A DNA stretch of 63,081 nt, filler included, from Deltaproteobacteria bacterium (GTDB taxonomy: Bacteria > JAUYMQ01), in assembly GCA_030698575.1 (NCBI GenBank). It is 9 parts of 9 records of this genome, joined end to end, with 100 filler letters (N's around TTAATTAATTAA, not from the genome) between each part and the next. Parts side by side here need not be neighbours in the genome. Positions count along the whole stretch, not along the records: positions 3,748 to 17,220 come from JAUYMQ010000042.1; positions 17,321 to 30,375 come from JAUYMQ010000055.1; 7 more parts are not named here. One strand, given 5' to 3'. Positions 9,535 to 19,998 of the stretch are shown piece by piece. The notes beneath the pieces were generated by a model. The model saw only the letters and a list, made by a program, of their open reading frames with translations. It was not told the DNA's origin and searched no databases. Made by a program: the position numbers and the translations under genes. Position 1 is the first letter of the stretch. Each line of letters opens with the position of its first letter.

Positions 9535-10011
9535 ATGGCCAGGTTTCCGACCGATGCAAAGCGATCCATCACGGTGAAGGTGCCGCTCGCCAGGACCTAC
9601 AAGTTCTTCTGGGACGTCCCGGGCCACGCAAAGCTCATTCCGGGACTCGACAGCTGCAAGCGGGTCGGGCCGGACATCTACCGCTTCGTCTACGAGCCCC
9701 GCTCCACGGGTCCTGTCACGATCACGGCCCAGTACACGGCCCGCTACAAGGGGAACGGAAAGGACGAGATCAAGTACGAGGGGATGGCGAACAACGGCGA
9801 CAACACGGACATCGCAGGCGTCATCCGGCTCGATGAGGCGGGAGACAAGGGGACGAAGGTGACCATCCAGCAGACCATCGCGCCGGACACGCCTGTTCCG
9901 AAGCTGGTTCAGGGATTGGTGCGATCATTCGTCGAACGCGAGGCATCGAACGCTCTCAAGGAGTTTCTCGAGAACATCAAGAAGGAACTGCAGGGGAAGG
10001 ATCAGCGATGA
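9535..10011 (+). CDS. SRPBCC/CoxG family protein
   Basis: RBS GGAGGAG; FFWDVPGHAKLIPGLDSC and C-terminal helix typical of the START fold. Confidence 0.8.
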   Translation: MARFPTDAKRSITVKVPLARTYKFFWDVPGHAKLIPGLDSCKRVGPDIYRFVYEPRSTGPVTITAQYTARYKGNGKDEIKYEGMANNGDNTDIAGVIRLDEAGDKGTKVTIQQTIAPDTPVPKLVQGLVRSFVEREASNALKEFLENIKKELQGKDQR

Positions 10012-11729
10012 ACCGGAGGCGCCTGGCGCCCGGCGGATTCGTTCAGAAGCCTTTCCAGCTCATCCGGCGACTTCGGCTGGCTGAAAGCATAGCCCTGAAA
10101 TCTGTCGCAGCCGTGCGTTCGAAGAAATTTGATCTGTTGTTCCGACTCGACTCCCTCAGCGACGGTTTCCAATCCCAGGTTCCGGCCCATGGCGATGATC
10201 GACTTGACGATGGCCGCGCTCCTGCCGTCGGCCTCGAGTTCGTCGATGAACGACTTGTCGATCTTCAGAGAGTCGACGGGAAAGCATCTGAGATACTGAA
10301 AAGAAGACTGGCCGGCTCCGAAATCATCGATCGCGATTCTCACCCCATGCTCCTTCAAGGCGCGCAGGGTGCTCACCCCGGCCTCTCCTACATTCGCGAT
10401 ATCCGCTTCCGTGAGTTCCAGCTCGAGATCCGCCGGCGGGAGCCCGCCTCGCTCCAGGGCTGACAGCACGCTCCCGTAGAAGCTTTCGTCCTGAAGCTGG
10501 CGCGCCGTGATCCTCACCGACATGCGCAGGGGCGGAAGTCCCTGCTCCCTCCACCCCCTTGCCTGGTCGCACACCGCCTGCAGGACCCAGTCGCCGATGG
10601 AAACGATCAGGCCAGTCTCCTCCGCGACCGGAACAAAGTCGGCCTGGGGGATCAGCCCCCGGGTTGGATGCTCCCACCGCAGAAGCGCCTTCAAGCCTGC
10701 CAGTCTCCCGTCCGCGAGATGCGCCTGCGGCTGATAGTACAGCCGCAGTTGACCCCGCTCCCGGGCGTAGGGCAGCGCGTTCCGGATCGCCAGCTTGTCG
10801 GCCGCTTTCACGTTCATTGTCGGCGTGTAATAACAGACGCTGCTCCTGCCGGTCTGCTTCGCCCGGTACATCGCCGTGTCGGCGTTCTTCAGCAGCGTTT
10901 CGACGTCGTCGCCGTCCTGCGGGTAGATGCACGCGCCAATGCTCGCGGAGATGAACAGTTCCTGCTCCTCGAGAATGCAAGGCAGCTCGAGCGCCTTGAG
11001 AATCCTGTCGGCCACGATGCCGACGTCCTCGCTAGTCTTCACCTCGGGGAGCAGAACCGCGAACTCGTCCCCTCCCATGCGGGCCAGGCTGTCGCTCGAC
11101 CGGAGCACCTCTTTGAGCCGCGCCGCCACAGCCTCGAGAAGTTGATCCCCCATCGAATGGCCGAGCGAATCATTGATCAACTTGAAGTGATCCAGATCGA
11201 AGAACAACACCCCTAGAATTCGATCGTAACGCCTGGCGAGGGCCAGCGTCTGATTGATCCGATCGTAGAACAGGGCCCGGTTGGGCAGATCGGTGAGCGC
11301 ATCGTAGTAGGCCAGGCGGCGAACCCGCGACTCAAGGCGCTCGCGTTCGATCGCATGCCGGATGGATCGGATGAGCAGATCTCCGGTCACCTGGCTCTTG
11401 ATCAGGTAATCCTGCGCCCCGTGCCTGAGGGACTTGATTGCAGCCGCCTCATCCTGGAGCGCCGTCAGGATAACGATCGGAATGTCCCGGGCACAGTTGC
11501 GCATGCAGCTCACGACGGCCATGCCCTGGGCATCCGGGAGGGTCAGATCGAGGAGAATGAGATCCGTTTCGGCGTGCTCGAGGTGCTTCTCGGCGTCGGC
11601 GAGACGCTCGACATGCGTGACGTCGAATCCCGGTGGATCGGCCTGGGCGAGAAGGTCCGTCGCCATGGCCGCATGAAGGCGGTTGTCCTCGACCAGCAGG
11701 ATGTGAAGAGACTCGTTCGCCACGGGCAT
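10002..11729 (-). CDS. REC-GGDEF-EAL response regulator
   Basis: ILLVEDN/LLDL REC domain, MGGDEF, and an EAL domain reading KALLRW. Confidence 0.92.
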   Translation of the reverse strand: MPVANESLHILLVEDNRLHAAMATDLLAQADPPGFDVTHVERLADAEKHLEHAETDLILLDLTLPDAQGMAVVSCMRNCARDIPIVILTALQDEAAAIKSLRHGAQDYLIKSQVTGDLLIRSIRHAIERERLESRVRRLAYYDALTDLPNRALFYDRINQTLALARRYDRILGVLFFDLDHFKLINDSLGHSMGDQLLEAVAARLKEVLRSSDSLARMGGDEFAVLLPEVKTSEDVGIVADRILKALELPCILEEQELFISASIGACIYPQDGDDVETLLKNADTAMYRAKQTGRSSVCYYTPTMNVKAADKLAIRNALPYARERGQLRLYYQPQAHLADGRLAGLKALLRWEHPTRGLIPQADFVPVAEETGLIVSIGDWVLQAVCDQARGWREQGLPPLRMSVRITARQLQDESFYGSVLSALERGGLPPADLELELTEADIANVGEAGVSTLRALKEHGVRIAIDDFGAGQSSFQYLRCFPVDSLKIDKSFIDELEADGRSAAIVKSIIAMGRNLGLETVAEGVESEQQIKFLRTHGCDRFQGYAFSQPKSPDELERLLNESAGRQAPPVHR

Positions 11730-11844
11730 GCCCCCCGATTCGCCGCCACGGGGCGCGAATGCTTCTACCCAATCAAATCGGGAGGATTCAATCCGGGCTT
11801 TACAGGCTTCGAGGGGAACTTTCGGGCAAGCCTATAAGTGCTTG

Positions 11845-13071
11845 CTATGCATGACGATTGTCTGACAGCCAGGGCTGCTCCATTTGAATCTTGGCGATCA
11901 CGTTCAGGTGTACCTCGTCGGGGCCGTCACCCAGGCGAAGCGCCCTCATTCCGGCGTAAATCGCCGCAAGCGGAAAGTCCTGTGAGAGCCCCGCAGCCCC
12001 ATGAATCTGGATTGCCCGGTCGAGCACGCGCATCGCCATGTTCGGCGCGACGACCTTGATCTGCGCGATCTCGGACCGCGCCACCTTGTTCCCCGCCTTG
12101 TCCATTACGTCCGCGGCCTTGAGCGTCAGCAAGCGCGCCTGATCGATCTCGATGCGCGACCACGCGATGTAGTGCCGGATGACGCCCTGGTCGGCCAGCC
12201 GCTTGTGGAACGCCTTGCGTGAGAGTGCGCGAGCGACCATCAGTTCGAGCGCCCTCTCGGCCATGCCAATCGACCGCATGCAGTGGTGGATGCGGCCGGG
12301 GCCGAGCCGGCCCTGCGCGATCTCGAACCCCCTCCCCTCACCCAGGATGAGATTCGAGGCAGGTACCCGCACGTTGTCAAAGAAGATCTCGAACTGGCCG
12401 CTCGGCGCCGAGTCGTAGCCGAAGACCTGCATGGGCCGGCCGATCCGGACGCCCGGCGTGTCCATCGGAACCAGGATCATGGAGTGCTGCTGGTGAGGCG
12501 GGTTCCCGGGGTCGGACCGGCCCATGAAAATCATGACCTTGCAGCGCGGATCGCCGGCCCCCGAGATGTACCACTTCTCGCCGTTGATGACGTACTCGTC
12601 TCCCTCCCGCACGATACGCGCGTCGATGTTGGTTGCGTCCGACGACGCAACCGCCGGCTCCGTCATCGCGAAGGCCGAGCGGATCTCTCCTCGCAGAAGC
12701 GGCATCAACCAGCGCTCCTTCTGCTCCGCCGTCCCGTAGCGGATCAGGACCTCCATGTTCCCGGTGTCCGGGAAGCTGCAGTTGAACAACTCCGGGCCGA
12801 CGAGCGAACGCCCCATGATCTCGCAGAGCGGTGAGTACTCCAGGTTCGTGAGGCCCGCGCCCAGATCCGACTCCGGCAGGAAGAGGTTCCATAGCCCCTC
12901 AGCGCGCGCCTTCGACTTCAGCTCCTCGACAATGGGAGGAACGATCCAGCGCGACGGGGCCTTCTCGCTGAATTCGTGGATGGCGCGCTCATTGGGATAG
13001 ACGTGCTCGTCCATGAAGGCGATGAGCCGCCGTCTGAGTTCGTTCACCTTCGGTGTGTAATCGAAATCCAT
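11845..13071 (-). CDS. Acyl-CoA dehydrogenase (ACAD10/11- or LvaC-like)
   Basis: [39 protein letters not shown] and DGPDEVH motifs. Confidence 0.93.
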   Translation of the reverse strand: MDFDYTPKVNELRRRLIAFMDEHVYPNERAIHEFSEKAPSRWIVPPIVEELKSKARAEGLWNLFLPESDLGAGLTNLEYSPLCEIMGRSLVGPELFNCSFPDTGNMEVLIRYGTAEQKERWLMPLLRGEIRSAFAMTEPAVASSDATNIDARIVREGDEYVINGEKWYISGAGDPRCKVMIFMGRSDPGNPPHQQHSMILVPMDTPGVRIGRPMQVFGYDSAPSGQFEIFFDNVRVPASNLILGEGRGFEIAQGRLGPGRIHHCMRSIGMAERALELMVARALSRKAFHKRLADQGVIRHYIAWSRIEIDQARLLTLKAADVMDKAGNKVARSEIAQIKVVAPNMAMRVLDRAIQIHGAAGLSQDFPLAAIYAGMRALRLGDGPDEVHLNVIAKIQMEQPWLSDNRHA

Positions 13072-13107
13072 GATCTCTCCCGGCCGCTCTTCGGCGGCGA
13101 CGCGGCG

Positions 13108-13473
13108 CTAGCCATCCTCCAGGTACTTCGGATTCGCGATCCGGATCTTCCCCTCGGCGGTCTGCCGGAGATGCGCCATGAGTTCATCCCACCGGGAAGC
13201 CAGATCCCCTTCGCGGATGAGATCCACCAGCGCGGCCTCGAGATCCTCCGGCGAACCGTCCCTGCCCAGGAGCCGTTTCATCCGCTCCGTCTCCGCGCCG
13301 GACAGGGCGGGGCCGAGATCGAGCTCTCGCCTCGCGATGGTCAGCAGGTTCACCGCCACGCGGGCCTCGAAGGCCGCATGGCCCGAAAGCGCCGGGAGCG
13401 CGCGATCCCGGAGATACTCCTCGACCGCTTCCAGAAGCTCCGCGGCGTCGGGCCTGTCGATTGCCATCGCCAT
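13108..13473 (-). CDS. DUF6285-like small protein (LvaB-like)
   Basis: DRPDAAELLEAV...ARVAVNLL...IANPKY; coupled to the phosphotransferase stop. Confidence 0.8.
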   Translation of the reverse strand: MAMAIDRPDAAELLEAVEEYLRDRALPALSGHAAFEARVAVNLLTIARRELDLGPALSGAETERMKRLLGRDGSPEDLEAALVDLIREGDLASRWDELMAHLRQTAEGKIRIANPKYLEDG

Positions 13474-14492
13474 CACCCCAGAAGATGGATCAGATCGAAC
13501 TCGGTCTCCGCCACGCGCCTGCCTATCGCGGCGGCTTCGACGGACCGCTGTACGCCATTCAGATGAAGGGCGGCCCGGATTGTGCAGAGCGCGCCCCACT
13601 TCACAGTTCCGAGAACCTCCCAGAAGCGAACTGCCTCCGGGTCCACCGCGCCGCCGCCGGCCGCCTCGTAGGACTTGAAGAGCTCCTCCCGCGTGCCGAA
13701 GCCGCCGGCATGGAGCGCGTGGTTTCCGAAGCGCCACGGCTTCAAGCAGAGGAATCCGAGATCCTCCATGGGATCGCCGAGATGGGCGTATTCCCAGTCG
13801 AGGACCGCGCGTAGCCCCTCCGGGCCGACGAGGAAATTCCCGTTCCGGAAATCGCCGTGAACGAGGCGCGGAGTCTCCGCGGCACCCGGCGCGTGATCGG
13901 CGCACCAGCGCAGCGCCAGCTCGAAAACGGGTCGCGGCGCGCCGCCCAGATCCAGCATGCGCCGGCAAAGGACCAGCTGCGAAGCGACGTCCCGGAGCGG
14001 AAGCTGCGGCAGCTTCCCGGGTTCGACCCCGTGGATGCGCGCGGCCACAGCGCCGATCGCCGCGGTCATCGTCGATCTCGCCTCCGCGAAAGCCTCATCG
14101 CGGAGAAGCTTCCTCGGAAGTCCCTCGCCCTCGATGCGCTCCATCACGAAACAGTCGCTCAAACCGGTTGCCGGATCGGGGAGGCACACGGGGCGCGGGA
14201 CGGGAAGCCCTGCCGCATGGAGCGCCTGGAAGAGCGCGTACTCCGCCGCGCGATCGTAGTCGTCCGGCTCGCCCATCAGGGCGGCCAGTCCGAGCGCCCG
14301 GCCCCCCTCGAAATCCTTCCGGAGGATGAGCGACATCGCACCGCCCCCGGCTCCTTTCGCATCGAAGGCCCAGGTCTCGCGCGACGCACCACCGGAGAGC
14401 CGGACGAGGTTCCCGACGCGAACGCGTCCGCCCAGCTCGTTCGACAGGGCGGCCTCGAGCTGTCCGGCCAGCGTCTCTATCCTGGCGTCCAT
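13473..14492 (-). CDS. APH-family phosphotransferase (LvaA-like)
   Basis: GGASRETW, HGDFRNGN and LDWE motifs. Confidence 0.9.
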   Translation of the reverse strand: MDARIETLAGQLEAALSNELGGRVRVGNLVRLSGGASRETWAFDAKGAGGGAMSLILRKDFEGGRALGLAALMGEPDDYDRAAEYALFQALHAAGLPVPRPVCLPDPATGLSDCFVMERIEGEGLPRKLLRDEAFAEARSTMTAAIGAVAARIHGVEPGKLPQLPLRDVASQLVLCRRMLDLGGAPRPVFELALRWCADHAPGAAETPRLVHGDFRNGNFLVGPEGLRAVLDWEYAHLGDPMEDLGFLCLKPWRFGNHALHAGGFGTREELFKSYEAAGGGAVDPEAVRFWEVLGTVKWGALCTIRAALHLNGVQRSVEAAAIGRRVAETEFDLIHLLG

Positions 14493-14518
14493 TGTGATTC
14501 TCTGGATAAGAGTGGAAG

Positions 14519-15553
14519 TCAGCGCGAAAGCTCATCGAACAGGGCCGATTCGAGCCCGTGAATCTCCGAAGCCTTCAGCGCCGCGCGCTTCCAGAGTGTC
14601 TCGTCCTCCGGGGCCTTTGAGGCCATCTTCAGAATCCCGGAGAGGTCGGTCCAACCGGCCGCCGATCGCGCGGCCAGGTCGGCGCAGCCGGCCGGCGCCC
14701 GATCGGGAACGAGCCCGTGGGCCCAGCGAAGGAAGGCGGCGAACATGCGCCTGAAGTTTCCTCCACCGGTTCCGAATTCCTCGAAGGTCTGTGACGCGTA
14801 GAAAGCCAGGAAACGCGGATCGGCGTGCTTGCTCCAGAGGGAGACCTCGGCGGCGAACCGCGCGAGCCCCTCGAGTCCGGTGGAAATCTCGAGGGCGCCG
14901 GCGCCCGGGGCGGCTTTCAGGAGATCGGCCTGCGATCGGTCACCCCCCGTCATCCGCGCGACGCTCCTGTCGATCGCAAGCCCGCAGGCCTCTTCCAGGG
15001 AGTGCTTGCGCTCACGCCCGTGAAACTTTCCCCAGAGATTAAGAACCGACATGCCCGCCGGGGAGTTCCGGCTTCGCGCGAGCGCATCGTAGGAGCAGGG
15101 CTGGGGATCCGGGTCGACCCGGTCGGCCACGTAAGCAAGTCGCTTCTCATCGTCGAAGCCCAGGAGCACGAACCGGTGGCCCGGGAAATGAACCTTGAAA
15201 TGCCTGTAATCGAGATAGAAGATGTCGCCACAGAGCATGGTCGGATGCCCCTCCACGACTTCCCGCCGCACGTCCTCCCAGGCCGTCCCGTCATCGGGGT
15301 CCACGGTTTCACGATAGTCGATGCCGAGCGCGGACCCGACGTCCGCCTCCATCGTCACACTCCGGCCGAACACGATGACGGGCGGTTCGAAGCCCGGGTT
15401 CGCGAGATAGATACAGTCGATTCCCGATCCGAGTCCGAAGACGACTTCTTCCTCCAGATCAAGTTCGCAGTAGTGATGCAGGAGATTTCTCATGGCACCA
15501 CTGCCGCAATGCCGGCCGGGAAGATTACGATAGCCGGGAATCATTTCTCTCAT
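14519..15553 (-). CDS. BtrH N-terminal/DUF4872 family protein
   Basis: GRHCGSGAMRNLL, FGLGSG, HFPGHRFVLLGFD and GTGGGNFR motifs. Confidence 0.8.
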   Translation of the reverse strand: MREMIPGYRNLPGRHCGSGAMRNLLHHYCELDLEEEVVFGLGSGIDCIYLANPGFEPPVIVFGRSVTMEADVGSALGIDYRETVDPDDGTAWEDVRREVVEGHPTMLCGDIFYLDYRHFKVHFPGHRFVLLGFDDEKRLAYVADRVDPDPQPCSYDALARSRNSPAGMSVLNLWGKFHGRERKHSLEEACGLAIDRSVARMTGGDRSQADLLKAAPGAGALEISTGLEGLARFAAEVSLWSKHADPRFLAFYASQTFEEFGTGGGNFRRMFAAFLRWAHGLVPDRAPAGCADLAARSAAGWTDLSGILKMASKAPEDETLWKRAALKASEIHGLESALFDELSR

Positions 15554-15584
15554 GCGAATTCCTTCTCGGCGCCAGTGGACGTTC

Positions 15585-16022
15585 TCAGCGGATCAGCGGC
15601 CGCCGCTGCCGCCAGGCAAGAATGATGACGACGGGACCGAGCGTCAGGACGAGGCTGACGATGCAGAGCTCGATCGTCGATTCGGGGGTCAGATTCTCGA
15701 AGATACCCTGCTCGAGATCATAGAGCAGGTCCATGAGGCCCAGAAATATCGCGGCGCTCCCCGCCAGCAACATGAAAAGCACTCCCCAGTCGCGCATCCT
15801 GTAGAGGCCGATGGCGCCGAGGAGGGCGCAGAGCGCGAGCCACAGATCGGCCAGCGGGAAGGCTTCCTCGAAGGTCACGTAGGCCAGGTAGCCGGCGTCG
15901 TCGGGGGTCATCGATTGCACGAGCTCGGGCGCCCCGAACCAGGCCGCCCAGTAGAGCGTGACGCCCAGCGCCGAAACGATTCCGAGTCCCATGAGCACGT
16001 TCACGGCAAGGGGTCGCTTCAT
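15585..16022 (-). CDS. Hypothetical membrane protein (about 4 TM)
   Basis: Hydrophobic segments; FEEAFPLADLW motif. Confidence 0.7.
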   Translation of the reverse strand: MKRPLAVNVLMGLGIVSALGVTLYWAAWFGAPELVQSMTPDDAGYLAYVTFEEAFPLADLWLALCALLGAIGLYRMRDWGVLFMLLAGSAAIFLGLMDLLYDLEQGIFENLTPESTIELCIVSLVLTLGPVVIILAWRQRRPLIR

Positions 16023-16227
16023 GTCAGCGCGCCTCCAGGATGGCGAGGGTCCGATTGATGCTTGATCAAGCCCGGGTCGTCGGTCAAGGCGACGAGCCGC
16101 AGGGCGGAAGCGGCTGCCGCAAAATCTGCGTCGACCCGACAGGCGGCGGCGAACGAAACACGCATCGGCTCGCCCGGCGCTTCGGGATGCGTTAACCTCT
16201 CCGTTCCACGCGCCAAGGAGCCAAGCC

Positions 16228-17220
16228 ATGCTCGAGCCCATCGTCCATCCCCTGCCCTCCCGCGTTCTCAACCGCGCTGGCGCGCTTCTCCAGAGCGCCG
16301 GAATGGAACTGCTCACCTACACACCCGGAACCTTCAAGGAACGGGCGATGCGCATGGCGGGGCTCGATGATTTCGGCGAGCCGGACTATGAAGCCGGGCT
16401 GGCGACGCTGTGTGACTCCGTCGAGAAGGATGCGCGACTGCTCCTCACCGGCCGTCTCGCCTTCAGGGATGGCGTCACAAACGCGCTCGTGACGCGGCTC
16501 CGGCGCATCGAGGCCCGCAAGCGCTCGCCCGAGATCTTCGCGCGTCCCCTCGTGCCGCCACTCATCGTGATCGGGCTTCCCCGGTCGGGCACAACGCTCC
16601 TGCAGCGGCTGCTCTCGCTGGACGAGGAGACGCGCGCGCCCGCGCTCTGGGAACTGCAGGAGCCGATCGCGGGGCCCGGACCCGATCGCCGCCGGGAACG
16701 GAGCATCAAGCAGGTGGCGCGCATGAAGAAGGCCGCGCCGGGAATCGACGCGAAGCACCACATCGATTCCGACGAGCCCGAGGAAGACGTCTTTCTATTC
16801 GACAGCAGCCTCTGGAGCCTCAGCTTCTGGATGCTCGCCCCGGTCTACGGCTACCTGACCTGGTACCTGGAACAGGATCCATTGCCCGGCTATCGAGTGT
16901 ATCGCGAGCACTTGCAGCTGTTCCAGGCCGAGAACCCGGGGAAGCGCCTCACCCTGAAGGCACCCGCGCACACCGGCTACGTCGGAGCGCTCCTCGAAGC
17001 GGTGCCCGAAGCCCTGGTCGTCCAGACACATCGTGATCCCGTCACCGTCACCAACAGCGTCAACAGCCTCTTCCACACGGTGCACGGGTATCTGACGGAG
17101 CGCGTGGACATCGAGCGCACGGCCGCGGTCAACGTCGATCTGTTCCTGCGCTACTTCGAATGGAATTTCGCGGCACGCGAGAAGATCCAGGCCGGACGCA
17201 TTCTGGACATCCGTTACGAT
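16228..17220 (+). CDS. Sulfotransferase family protein, 3' truncated
   Basis: PAPS-binding loop IGLPRSGTTLL, LKAPAH and THRDP. Confidence 0.9.
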
Positions 17221-17465
17221 NNNNNNNNNNNNNNNNNNNNNNNNNNNNNNNNNNNNNNNNNNNNTTAATTAATTAANNNNNNNNNNNNNNNNNNNNNNNN
17301 NNNNNNNNNNNNNNNNNNNNGATGGCCCAGTACGCGTCGAGACAGCGGGCCTTGGCAGTCCTGGCCGAGCTAACCATCTGGATCGTCGACGGCGGCCACC
17401 CGCGAGGGACTAAGCACGACGGGACGGTGTTCCGTTTCCCGCCTGACAGAGAGGAGGCATGATCG

Positions 17466-17696
17466 GTGATCACCGAGGCGTACGAGTCCCGAACCATGCG
17501 GGCGGCCGAGCTTGAACTTTGCGAGTGCGGCTCGGTCGTGGTAGACGACGTACGGCTCGCGACGGCCCTGGTAGCCACCGCGAAGTGCGCCGGCATGTGC
17601 AGAGTCGCCGTGCGGCCTCTCGCGGGCAGCGGGTATCTCGTGGAGGCGCTGCCCAGGCCGTGGCTGCGAGTCCTGAGAGGAGGGCGAACCGAATGA
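17466..17696 (+). CDS. Phage hypothetical protein
   Basis: GTG after GAGGAGG; Cys-containing. Confidence 0.5.
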   Translation: MITEAYESRTMRAAELELCECGSVVVDDVRLATALVATAKCAGMCRVAVRPLAGSGYLVEALPRPWLRVLRGGRTE

Positions 17697-17805
17697 AGCG
17701 TGCGCTGTGCTACTGGTCAGGGCCGGTGCGGCTGTTGCAGAGCTTGCTGGCTCGGGGAGGCGTGGGGATGGTGGGGGTGGTGTCGGAGGCTAGCGTGGGG
17801 AGGCG

Positions 17806-18141
17806 GTGAGCCAGATGCAGGAGGCAGAGGCGAAATTCGAGGCCGAGGCCACGCAGTATCTGCTCCCTGACGGCGAGCAGCGGACCCGTGTTATCGAGTT
17901 GCCGGAATCGCTGCGGCCGCAATACGAGGCGATGCGGGCGTGTGGGTGCCGGCTGACGGGAGAGATGCTGCGCACCGGCGAGGTTTCGTTCGCGATTGAG
18001 CACCCGGAGGCCGATTACGACCTGGTCGTCGTTCCCAACGGCCCAGAAGGCACGGCAACATGGCACGACATGATTCGCCGGCTCGACCGAGCTGAGTTCG
18101 AGAAGTGGCTGGCGCAGTTCGGGGAGGAGAGCGCGTCATGA
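17806..18141 (+). CDS. Phage hypothetical protein
   Basis: GTG after GGGAGG; coupled to the next ORF. Confidence 0.65.
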   Translation: MSQMQEAEAKFEAEATQYLLPDGEQRTRVIELPESLRPQYEAMRACGCRLTGEMLRTGEVSFAIEHPEADYDLVVVPNGPEGTATWHDMIRRLDRAEFEKWLAQFGEESAS

Positions 18142-18623
18142 TCTACCTCGCCGGCATGCCTGACCTGCGCACCGAGCCGCCCGAGCCGTGCTGGGGACAT
18201 TGTGCCTGGTGTCCTCGGGTGCTCGGCGAGTTCGACGAGGGCGAGGTTGTGCGCGGAGCCCTGCTTTGCGGGGACTGCGCGTACCGTGACAGCATCGGAT
18301 GGGAGGACGAGGAGATGGACGCGCACGAACTGCGGGAGATGCTGGTGGAGATGATCGAGGCCATCGAGTTCCATGCGATCGGCTTGAGCGAGGGTGCGAA
18401 AAAGCTCGCGTCGGGCCGCATCGAGGCCGAGCGCATCGGCCACCAGTACAGCGACGACAGGATGCACTGGCTGCGGGCGTTTGGCGAGCTCGACGCAGCC
18501 AGCAGGGAAGCGCTGGGGCGACTCGATGCCACAGCGGAGATGCTGCGGGTGCGGGCCGAGAGCGTGCGGGAGGAGTTGGGGGACGAGAGGACACCCGCGG
18601 TTGCAGCCACGGGTGTCAGGTAG
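18138..18623 (+). CDS. Phage hypothetical protein with CxxC pairs
   Basis: ATG at 18138 after GGAGGAG; CAWC...CGDC. Confidence 0.6.
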   Translation: MIYLAGMPDLRTEPPEPCWGHCAWCPRVLGEFDEGEVVRGALLCGDCAYRDSIGWEDEEMDAHELREMLVEMIEAIEFHAIGLSEGAKKLASGRIEAERIGHQYSDDRMHWLRAFGELDAASREALGRLDATAEMLRVRAESVREELGDERTPAVAATGVR

Positions 18624-18639
18624 GAGCGGCTGGATGGAG

Positions 18640-18675
18640 GCTCCCGTCCCCTCTATCTTAGCAGGGGGCGGGAGC
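18640..18675 (+). terminator. Strong intergenic hairpin
   Basis: GCTCCCGTCCCCT...AGGGGGCGGGAGC; no U tail. Confidence 0.4.
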
Positions 18676-18702
18676 GCAAGCAACTCCCGAGGAGGGCGAG
18701 CG

Positions 18703-19998
18703 TTGAACACGATCACCATCAACAAAATCGAGATCGAGAACGTCAAACGTGTCAAAGCTGTCAAGGTCGAGCCGACAGCCAACGGCCTGACGGTGATCGG
18801 CGGCAGGAACAGGCAGGGGAAGACATCCGTACTGAATGCCATCGCCTGGGCGCTCGGTGGTGATCGTTACCGACCCTCCGAGGCCCAGCGCGAAGGATCG
18901 GTTATCCCGCCGACGTTGCACATTGTGATGAGCAACGGTCTGGTAGTCGAACGCAAGGGGAAGAACTCGGACCTGAAAGTGACCGACCCGTCCGGGCAAA
19001 AGGCTGGCCAGCGCCTTCTCGATGAGTTCGTCGAGCAACTGGCTCTCGACCTGCCCAAGTTCATGCAGGCCACCGACAAGGAGAAAGCCGACACACTTCT
19101 GCGCATCATCGGTGTGGGTGAAAAGCTTGCTGAACTGGAGCAGCAGGAAAAGTCGTTGTATGAGCAGCGGCGCACCATTGGGCAGATCGGCGACCAGAAG
19201 GAAAAGTTCGCCAAGGAGCAGCCCTACCATCCCGACGCACCCAAAGAGCCGGTGTCGGCGTCCGACCTGATCAAGCAACAGCAGACCATCCTTGCTAAGA
19301 ACGGCGAGAATCAGCGCAAGCGGGAAAACCTGCAGAGTCTCCAGGCACAGTACAAACAAATCAACGCACAATTCGAGGAGCTAGTTGCCAAGCGAGCAGC
19401 TATCGCCGCCGACCTGGATACAGCCTGCAAGTCCGCCCAGGACCTGCAAGACGAATCCACCGCCGCGCTGGAAGGCAACATCTCACAAATCGAGGAGATC
19501 AACCGCAAGGTCCGGGCCAACCTCGACAAAGGCAAAGCCGAAGAAGATGCCCTGGACTACGCCAACCAGTACGCTTCCCTGACCACCGCAATCGACGAGA
19601 CACGGCAGGCGAAGGTCGATCTGCTCAAAGGGGCCGATCTTCCTCTTCCCGACCTCTCGGTCACAGACGGCGCCCTCACCTACCGCGGGCAGCGGTGGGA
19701 CAACATGAGCGGCACCGAGCAGCTGCAAGTCTCCACGGCGATCGTGCGCAAACTGAATCCCAAGTGCGGGTTTGTTCTTCTCGACAAGCTCGAACAGATG
19801 GACCTAGACACCCTGCGTGAGTTCGGAGCGTGGCTTGAGGCCGAGGGTCTACAGGCCATCGCTACGCGGGTCAGCACCGGTGAGGAATGTACTATTCTCA
19901 TCCAAGACGGCTATGTCGTCGGCGCCGAGCAGGCCGAACCCGTGACGGCACCCGCTGCCACAAACGGGAACAGCTCATGGAAAGCGGGGGAGTTCTGA
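18703..19998 (+). CDS. SMC/AAA_23-like coiled-coil ATPase
   Basis: TTG start after GGAGG; Walker A GRNRQGKTS, coiled coil, MSG signature, LLDKLE Walker B. Confidence 0.88.
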   Translation: MNTITINKIEIENVKRVKAVKVEPTANGLTVIGGRNRQGKTSVLNAIAWALGGDRYRPSEAQREGSVIPPTLHIVMSNGLVVERKGKNSDLKVTDPSGQKAGQRLLDEFVEQLALDLPKFMQATDKEKADTLLRIIGVGEKLAELEQQEKSLYEQRRTIGQIGDQKEKFAKEQPYHPDAPKEPVSASDLIKQQQTILAKNGENQRKRENLQSLQAQYKQINAQFEELVAKRAAIAADLDTACKSAQDLQDESTAALEGNISQIEEINRKVRANLDKGKAEEDALDYANQYASLTTAIDETRQAKVDLLKGADLPLPDLSVTDGALTYRGQRWDNMSGTEQLQVSTAIVRKLNPKCGFVLLDKLEQMDLDTLREFGAWLEAEGLQAIATRVSTGEECTILIQDGYVVGAEQAEPVTAPAATNGNSSWKAGEF

